This document shows, one piece after another, positions 57,811-64,000 of a DNA stretch of 64,000 bases (position 1 is its first letter; the number at the start of each line of letters is the position of its first letter). The notes under the pieces are model-generated. The model did no database searches and was not told the origin of the DNA. It saw nothing but the letters and a program-made list of their open reading frames with translations. The DNA is from Thermoplasmata archaeon (GTDB taxonomy: Archaea > Thermoplasmatota > Thermoplasmata > Sysuiplasmatales > Sysuiplasmataceae). The translations under genes were made by a program, and so were the position numbers. The stretch is from the NCBI GenBank assembly GCA_021806165.1, contig JAJZXY010000003.1, positions 18,496 to 82,495 of the forward strand, read 5' to 3'.

Positions 57811-58521
57811 CTAAGGCTGACTGTTGGCCTGAGGCTCGGTGCCCTTCCATATTATGTAACGGCAGACGTGCTCTCCGTTGACCATCCAGTGTGTCCTTTC
57901 AACCCCCTCACCAAGCAGCTGCTTGAACAGGCTGAGCTCTGCCGTGCAGGCCAGGCCGTACTTGCTGGCAACAGTCATAAGCGGGCAGTTGTGCTCTATC
58001 AGTACCATTGTCCCGTCCTGCAGCCTGTTTGTCTCGGCAAGGAAGCCTTCCTCCTCCCTCACCCTTGCCAGCTCCTTTATCCTTTCCTCATATGGCAGGT
58101 CCCTCATGCGCTTTGAATAGCGGTCGACAAGCTCCCTGCGCCTCCTGTCAAAGAATTCGTGAACGGCCTCGTTCCCCATCTCATCCTCTATGAATGAGAG
58201 GGCTGACAGTGCGATATAGGGGTAGGAGGTCGGGAAGAGATAGTGGGCATTTGGCGTGAGGGAGTACCTGTATTCGGGCCTGCCGACACCAGCCCGTATA
58301 ACCCTCTTCTGGACAAGCTGGTCCCTCTCCAGATTTGACAGGTGCTTGCTGACAGCCATCTTGCTGATGCCCATGGAGGTGGAAATCTCCTTCATTCCCG
58401 CTTCCCCCCTGTGCTTTATCAGCGCTACGATGGCATTCCTAGTGGAATGGTTTGCCTTGTCAAGTAGATCGGTACGAACCAGTTCACCGTCAACCCTGCT
58501 TGCATGTTTCATCAGTAACAC
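57811..58521 (-). CDS. SufR-like HTH transcriptional regulator
   Basis: wHTH (ISKMAVSKHLSNLE, GVGRP..YSLT); EHNCP, C..EL.LF, C-terminal CRY. Confidence 0.85.
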   Translation of the reverse strand: MLLMKHASRVDGELVRTDLLDKANHSTRNAIVALIKHRGEAGMKEISTSMGISKMAVSKHLSNLERDQLVQKRVIRAGVGRPEYRYSLTPNAHYLFPTSYPYIALSALSFIEDEMGNEAVHEFFDRRRRELVDRYSKRMRDLPYEERIKELARVREEEGFLAETNRLQDGTMVLIEHNCPLMTVASKYGLACTAELSLFKQLLGEGVERTHWMVNGEHVCRYIIWKGTEPQANSQP

Positions 58522-58803
58522 CCGAATCGCGAGCTTCCATCAATTGGGACCTGGGAATTAATAAGTTTTGTAATCTTTATTTTTTATTTACCTTTTTCCC
58601 CTGAAATCAGCCCGAAATCACATCAGAAGCCCGAAACCAAAGCTGATCAGAGGAGCTGCGACCCAGCCCGCGGCTATCACCATGAAGGGCTTCGCGGATA
58701 AAAACCTCTCCCTGTGGGTAAGGCCCGCACCGAAGAGGGTCGACGGGGCAGTTTGCGTGTTGCTCAGCGGCAGTCCAAGGAGGGTAGCGGATTCGACAAG
58801 TTT

Positions 58804-60131
58804 CAGTACTTGGCCGTTAGCGTTCATCTGACCACCTCCAACAATCTCAGTGCTTCAGCCGGCGGAGGTCCCCTGTTCTCTACTATGTGACTCTCCCCGT
58901 AGATCTTGTTTATGGAGCACACAATCATGAGCAGCAGCTGCCTGAAACGTATGAGCTCGTCGAACACAACAGGACTGCCTCTATGCCTATCGGAGGCATA
59001 GAGCATCTTCGCAATGACCCACTCATTCTCGATGAGCACCGCAACAAACATGTTCAGCAGCCTGACTGCAGTCTCCCTGCTCGATGTCCTCGCCCTTGCC
59101 ATTTCGGCGATCATGTAGCTTGACTCGATGCCAAACCTATGGCGGTAGAGCTGCATTGTCTGCCTTGGCGATGTGCATACACGGTAGACTGTGAAGTAGC
59201 AGCTCCTGATCCTCCTGTGCTCCCTCCTCTTTGCCACCTGCACCATCAGGTCAATGCTCTCCACACCCGATTTCAGTGTGTGGATTGTCGTGAATGAGTG
59301 CCTGCCCCTGTTCCAGCATGCGGCCATCTTCCTGCCTGTCCGCACCGGCATGATGAAAGGTATCCTCCTGCTCCTCAGGAAGGTGATGACATCCATGGAG
59401 TAGAATTCCCTGTCGAGCAGCAATGTGCCTATGCGCACATTGCATGCCCTGGCATCGTCCAGATGCTTCCTGAGCAGTGGAAGCATCCTCTTCCCCCTGA
59501 CGGCCCTCATGCCGAAGGTGATGCGGCGGTTCCTCACCGCCGCGTATATGGTGGAATAGCCATGGAAGCGGTCTGTACCCTGTCTCCCCTTTGATGTTAT
59601 CAGCTGACCGGTGCATTCCCTCCTGCCGTAGTACGGCACAAGATGAATATCGACTGCAACTGTGCATCTGCCCTCCGGTATGAAGGGCGAAGCCTGCTTC
59701 CTGAGCGAATGAGTGATCAGCCGCTGGAGCCTTCCCTGCTCCAGCGCCTCCACGACTCTTGCCATCTGCCTGCGTGAATGGCCGTTCCTGGCATGTCTCC
59801 TGGCAGATGTCAGGCTTCCGCCCGTCGCCGAAGCCTTCATCACGAACCTTGCAGTGTCCCTGACTGTGCTGTCCGGAAATGCCAGCAGCAGCGCCCCTGC
59901 CAGGACGTGCATGAGCACATCCTCGACACGCCTCCTTATGTCCGAGGGCTTGAGAACCCTCGGAACAGAGTTTTTATTACTCCCGCACACGATTGCTGTA
60001 TCGCGACTCTTGCGAGTCGCCCCATCCCATCCTTTCATGTCTATCAAACAGGAGATGTGGGATGGGTCTCACATAATTGTCCGGAAATTAAATTCCGACA
60101 ATGCCAGCGTACCGATAGTGGTCAAGTACTG
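58804..60131 (-). mobile_element. complete insertion sequence, ISH3-type (IS4-like DDE), 1328 bp
   Basis: TIRs CAGTACTTGGCCGTTA / CAGTACTTGACCACTA (13 of 16 match); TSD AGTTT at 58799-58803 and 60132-60136. Confidence 0.93.
58824..60047 (-). CDS. DDE transposase (ISH3 family); start uncertain
   Basis: VAVDIH, LLLDREF, YRHRFGIESSY (Y..R..IE motif). Confidence 0.9.
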   Translation of the reverse strand: MIDMKGWDGATRKSRDTAIVCGSNKNSVPRVLKPSDIRRRVEDVLMHVLAGALLLAFPDSTVRDTARFVMKASATGGSLTSARRHARNGHSRRQMARVVEALEQGRLQRLITHSLRKQASPFIPEGRCTVAVDIHLVPYYGRRECTGQLITSKGRQGTDRFHGYSTIYAAVRNRRITFGMRAVRGKRMLPLLRKHLDDARACNVRIGTLLLDREFYSMDVITFLRSRRIPFIMPVRTGRKMAACWNRGRHSFTTIHTLKSGVESIDLMVQVAKRREHRRIRSCYFTVYRVCTSPRQTMQLYRHRFGIESSYMIAEMARARTSSRETAVRLLNMFVAVLIENEWVIAKMLYASDRHRGSPVVFDELIRFRQLLLMIVCSINKIYGESHIVENRGPPPAEALRLLEVVR

Positions 60132-60855
60132 AGTTTGATTGAATCCAGGAGTGAGGCGGATGCGTTGGAGTAACGCAGCAGGAATATGTCCCGGCCTATC
60201 CTCCTCAGCGTCCTCCTGCTCAGCAGTATGGAACCTGCAGCAACTGCAGCGCCTGCGATCAGAAGGTTGGTTGTGGTGAAACCGGAAATTGCCAGTATGA
60301 CACCTATTGTGTTTGCCCCCAGCACGTAGGAGGCGGCAAATGAGGAGGCCGGGAGCAGAACCTTGTAACCCGCCGCCCTCTTCCAGACATCACGCGGTCA
60401 CGATGCAGCTATAGCCCTTGTGGAGAGTGTGCCGGCAAGAATTGAAAGCAGAGGAGCGGCAATCCAGAGCGCCATGACGCGGTCGAGGTAGCCGACCGCG
60501 GGAGTGCCGTGCGCGACCGAGATGCCAGCCATGACTCCAACCGGCGACATGCTCAGGGATTTCGGAATCCTAAACAGCATCCCTATAACGGAAATCATTA
60601 TGGTGACAGAAAATGCGGCAGCAGCCGTGTCGGCTGCGGGTGAGGCCATGAGCAGGTGCGGGACACTTGCCATGTTGCTCGCCTGCGGGAGCAGCCCGGC
60701 AGTGTAGCCCACAACACCAATCATTATTCCGGTGAGCGTCCTGATAGTGCCCGAACCCACACGCGTCCAAACGCAGGCAGAGAGATTGTTGCCGTAGACA
60801 AGTACAACTGCAATGAAGAGAAGGGATGCGGCGAGTATTGATTCGGTCGTGATGA

Positions 60856-61608
60856 TCATCTTGACACTGATATGGCGACAGCGAGCACGGTGTCGGCGAT
60901 GTCTTCGGATGCGTCAAGTATGTCGTCAAGCTTGTGGACAAGCTCCGTAATATGGGTAAACTGAAGATAGTGCATCGTCGGTGCCATGAAGTAGAGCTTG
61001 TCAAAGGAGGCATCCTTGATGTTGTCGCCCTTCTCCTCAATCCCCTCTATTTCCATCCTTATGGTGCGCATCTCATCCAAATCCTTGGAGTACAGCAGGT
61101 TGACCAGCGCATTCATCGCGGATTCGGAAAGATCGAGAAGGTCGTTGAGCTGTGACTGGAATGCCAGCAGGTTGCCCAGCTCCTTTGCATCTATGCGCAG
61201 TTTACCTGTCCGCTTTATCTCCCTGCTTATGTAATGGAAATTGTCCAGTATGTTGTCTGCCATGTCCACGCACTCAAGCAGGTTGTCCAGGACATTGGAG
61301 CTTATGGCCCCGTTTGTTATCTCCCCGGATATCCTGAAAGCGATGATATCCGACTCCTTTTCGATGGCTATTACCTGCTCGTTAAGCTGGTTTATTGAAG
61401 CCATGCTCTCTGCATTCAGCATTTCCTTTACAATGCGCCTGGCATCCAGACCAAGCTGTATGATGCCGGCCACGTTCTGGAATACCTTCTTCTCACCAAT
61501 AACAAACAGTCCGCCGAAACGCCTTCTTGCCAGTTGAACCACTCCGAGTCTGGTGTATTCAAATAGGCGATCCATGCTATTAATGGTGCTGGAAGCACAG
61601 CCCACCAC
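60856..61608 (-). CDS. DUF47 PhoU-like Pit accessory protein; start uncertain
   Basis: IEKESDI, DNILD, IEEKGDNIKD, LDDILDASED; ATGA-coupled to pit. Confidence 0.88.
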   Translation of the reverse strand: MVGCASSTINSMDRLFEYTRLGVVQLARRRFGGLFVIGEKKVFQNVAGIIQLGLDARRIVKEMLNAESMASINQLNEQVIAIEKESDIIAFRISGEITNGAISSNVLDNLLECVDMADNILDNFHYISREIKRTGKLRIDAKELGNLLAFQSQLNDLLDLSESAMNALVNLLYSKDLDEMRTIRMEIEGIEEKGDNIKDASFDKLYFMAPTMHYLQFTHITELVHKLDDILDASEDIADTVLAVAISVSR

Positions 61609-61656
61609 AATGCACGGGCAGATTGACCGTGGAAGGGACGGCAGCCTGCTGGCAAC

Positions 61657-61675
61657 ATTATCAAGACTTGATAAT
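61657..61675. promoter_or_regulatory. perfect palindrome, operator candidate
   Basis: ATTATCAAG-A-CTTGATAAT in a divergent intergenic region. Confidence 0.55.
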
Positions 61676-61741
61676 CTGGTGGTGACCTTTTAGTATTATC
61701 TGGGCCGACTTAGACAATGGACCCAGGCACAAGGCGTAATC

Positions 61742-63676
61742 ATGATTAATGGCAAGAGAGGAAGGAGCGGCAGGATTCACGGCAGGAAGGATTCTGGAGT
61801 TTCCGAGATAATCGGTGACATACTCATACTTGGAATAACCGTGGTTCTCTTCACCAGCATTTTCTTCTACGTAAGTGCAATCCCGACGCCGAACTCACAG
61901 ACTTATGCAGATTTCCACGCCACGGTCTCAGGCGATGTTCCCTACGGGGCAACCACTGTCGCGTACCTGAACATCACACACTTAGGGGGCCAGTCGCTTA
62001 ATGCGGCAACAACTTCCATCGTTGTCCAGGTGAACCAGACAGCCACCGTCTATCTCATGGTCCAGGGTAATGCGGTGAATTCTGCGGGGAGGCTGATTCC
62101 GTGGACCAGTTCCAGGTGGGGAGCAAACCAGGTCTGGAGTGTGAACTCCACAGGTGTGAACAGCGGCTCAGTTGTGAGCGTCACTATAATCAACAAGGCG
62201 TCCAACTCGGTGGTATGGAGCACCGTTCTCAGCGGAGTGTCCACAATATCCGTTCCTGTGATACAGGACGCGTATGCATCTCCAAACCCCGTCATGCCGG
62301 GCAGGAATGTGACAGTTATCGCCAGCGTGCTTGGCAATGTCAAGTATGTGAATGCGTCCGTCTACTATCTGAACAATGCCGTGGGTACGCTAAGACTGAC
62401 GGGTGCCAACGGCATATATTCCGGCGTCTTTGAGTCATCTTCAGGGCTGGCTGTCGGCCAGACTTATCCAGTCCAGATAAATGCAACGTCTGCAAACGGC
62501 GCAAAGGCAAATTACACCTTCTCGGTTTCAGTTGAAAGGGGCGGACCGAACATTGTAACAGCAAGCATCAACCCCAATCCGGCGACACCTGGAATCAACA
62601 TCAGTGTGACCGCATATGTAATTGATAATAATACAACCTCATTCAACCCGCCATTGACCGGCAAGGTTACGATTCAACCTTTTAGCAATACGTCTCTCAC
62701 GAATATTACTGGGACCTCAAATATGAGCATGGGGTCGTATCCCGGCATCATGACATTCGAAGCACATGTATTGTCAAACGCAACTGGATTTGAAACATTC
62801 AAGCTGAAAGCAACAGACGTTTTCGGAAACACGGGCGTCTATTACGTTGTCCTTGTTGTGGTCAGCACGTTGAATTCAGGCTCATCCAACACTAGTTATC
62901 CTACCCCATACTTAGGCCCGACCAGTATGAGCTTTTCCGGTTTCACCTGGAACCAACCGGAACAGGAAGGACAGAACTCAAGCCAGATTAAATATAACAA
63001 CGCATATAGTATAAATGCACAATACGTCAGTGGGAATTCTCCAAGTGGGTTGTATTTCAACTTGATATTACAAAACCACAATACAACAAATGATCTTTAC
63101 CTAGACGATCTAAGCAACATGTATATGTTTATGCTGTTACGGGTAAAACCAGGAGAGAGCATAGCTTCTCCTCAAATGGCTTTCATAGTCATGAATACCA
63201 CACAGAATTCTCGCATATGGACCGTGGCCCCATCGAGCTCAACTGGCTCGCCAAGTTACAAATCTATCACACCACCTAGCGGTCAGAGTTACCAAAAATT
63301 CAACGGCATGAAAGAGCTTTGGTATCCGAGCCTTCGCTGGCCTTTAGATAATAGTCAACCATGGTACGGCCAGTTCATGTTACTTCCAGCAGCTGTTGGT
63401 GGCGTAGTTGTCAGCACAAAAGTTTCATTCGGTGCCTCATACGGCGGTGCAGGAGGAGGGGCCAAGAGTATACCGCTCTCCTCGGGCGGCCCATTTGTTC
63501 TGACAACTGACAACTTTCAAACTCCATCCCTTTCGATAAACTTCCTACTTCTCTTTGGTTACCAGATACCTGCGGGAGAACAACCTACCACCGGCATTAT
63601 CCAAAGTGGTATACCTTACGGTCAAACTCTGCCATTCACCGCCATTTACTGGTACAATTATCAGGGCGGCGGTTGA
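61742..63676 (+). CDS. large archaeal type IV pilin-domain protein with Ig-like repeats
   Basis: Class III signal peptide RKDSG/VSEIIGDILILGITVVLF, ITHLGGQSL, two S(I)NPNP-type Ig-like starts. Confidence 0.88.
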   Translation: MINGKRGRSGRIHGRKDSGVSEIIGDILILGITVVLFTSIFFYVSAIPTPNSQTYADFHATVSGDVPYGATTVAYLNITHLGGQSLNAATTSIVVQVNQTATVYLMVQGNAVNSAGRLIPWTSSRWGANQVWSVNSTGVNSGSVVSVTIINKASNSVVWSTVLSGVSTISVPVIQDAYASPNPVMPGRNVTVIASVLGNVKYVNASVYYLNNAVGTLRLTGANGIYSGVFESSSGLAVGQTYPVQINATSANGAKANYTFSVSVERGGPNIVTASINPNPATPGINISVTAYVIDNNTTSFNPPLTGKVTIQPFSNTSLTNITGTSNMSMGSYPGIMTFEAHVLSNATGFETFKLKATDVFGNTGVYYVVLVVVSTLNSGSSNTSYPTPYLGPTSMSFSGFTWNQPEQEGQNSSQIKYNNAYSINAQYVSGNSPSGLYFNLILQNHNTTNDLYLDDLSNMYMFMLLRVKPGESIASPQMAFIVMNTTQNSRIWTVAPSSSTGSPSYKSITPPSGQSYQKFNGMKELWYPSLRWPLDNSQPWYGQFMLLPAAVGGVVVSTKVSFGASYGGAGGGAKSIPLSSGGPFVLTTDNFQTPSLSINFLLLFGYQIPAGEQPTTGIIQSGIPYGQTLPFTAIYWYNYQGGG

Positions 63677-63696
63677 GCTATATGTACTAATTTTGG

Positions 63697-63819
63697 GGCC
63701 TTGCACAAAAAGTGTAATTCAAAGTTACTGGTCAGCCTGTTACGACAAAAGGGGACAAATGCAAAAATATGAAAGTATGACATGTCCTATGGTATAGTAC
63801 CATGGATTTGTGCAACCCC
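63697..63819. mobile_element. possible MITE or IS-end remnant, 123 bp
   Basis: GGCCTTGCACAAA ... TTTGTGCAACCCC (11 of 13 IR match), flanked by TGG on both sides, AT-rich interior. Confidence 0.4.
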
Positions 63820-63936
63820 TGGAATGGGGTGGTTCATATTGTTCCTGTACATGATAAAAGCATCACGCCTGAGGGGAGCTTTGTCGGAAACAACCTCCAT
63901 GGACCTGTCCTGATACCAGCTGGAACACGAATCTGC

Positions 63937-64000
63937 TCAGACGCCGCCGGCAATCTTGCCTATGCCCTTTGCGACCGCAGCCACGGCAGCGCCTATGCCA
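63937..64000 (-). CDS. C-terminus of a membrane protein entering from the window edge (possibly VIT1/CCC1-like)
   Basis: ...GIGAAVAAVAKGIGKIAGGV-stop. Confidence 0.4.
   Translation of the reverse strand, partial: GIGAAVAAVAKGIGKIAGGV

Larger units (their letters stand above)
58618..60859 (-). pseudogene. PiT-family inorganic phosphate transporter pseudogene, IS-interrupted
   Basis: GNNLSAC, GANTIG, GLPLSNTQ motifs; in-frame TGA at 60398-400; removing the IS and one TSD restores DSIKLVESAT in frame. Confidence 0.88.

Overview
Archaeal chromosomal segment, GC-rich. Gene content points to Thermoplasmata (inference): TFB, Orc1/Cdc6, VAT-like CDC48, archaeal ThrRS, AsnRS, type II GAPDH, split GMP synthase, an intron-containing tRNA-Phe and a class III signal-peptide pilin. 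It is mostly housekeeping: purine/SAH metabolism, gap-pgk, ftsZ and a CdpB-like PRC barrel, uL16, SSB, pstSCAB, glycosyltransferases, gmhA and UDP-sulfoquinovose synthase. There is one complete 1328-bp ISH3-type IS (TIRs plus 5-bp TSD) inside a dead PiT phosphate transporter gene, a multiply frameshifted SDR pseudogene and a possible MITE. No CRISPR array, rRNA or prophage was seen. The best leads for something undescribed are: (1) a locus with a catalytically dead HAD protein, a perfect mini-ORB palindrome, an 1113-aa multi-GAF protein with no output domain, and cdc6; (2) a multi-hairpin leader that hides the RBS of tfb; (3) an orphan pair resembling A-ATPase stalk subunits; (4) a Zn-ribbon/coiled-coil KaiC pseudo-ATPase; (5) a THUMP-less ThiI; (6) a secreted Cys-containing protein with a hydrophobic hairpin. 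All calls come from motif recognition by eye; no searches or folding programs were run.
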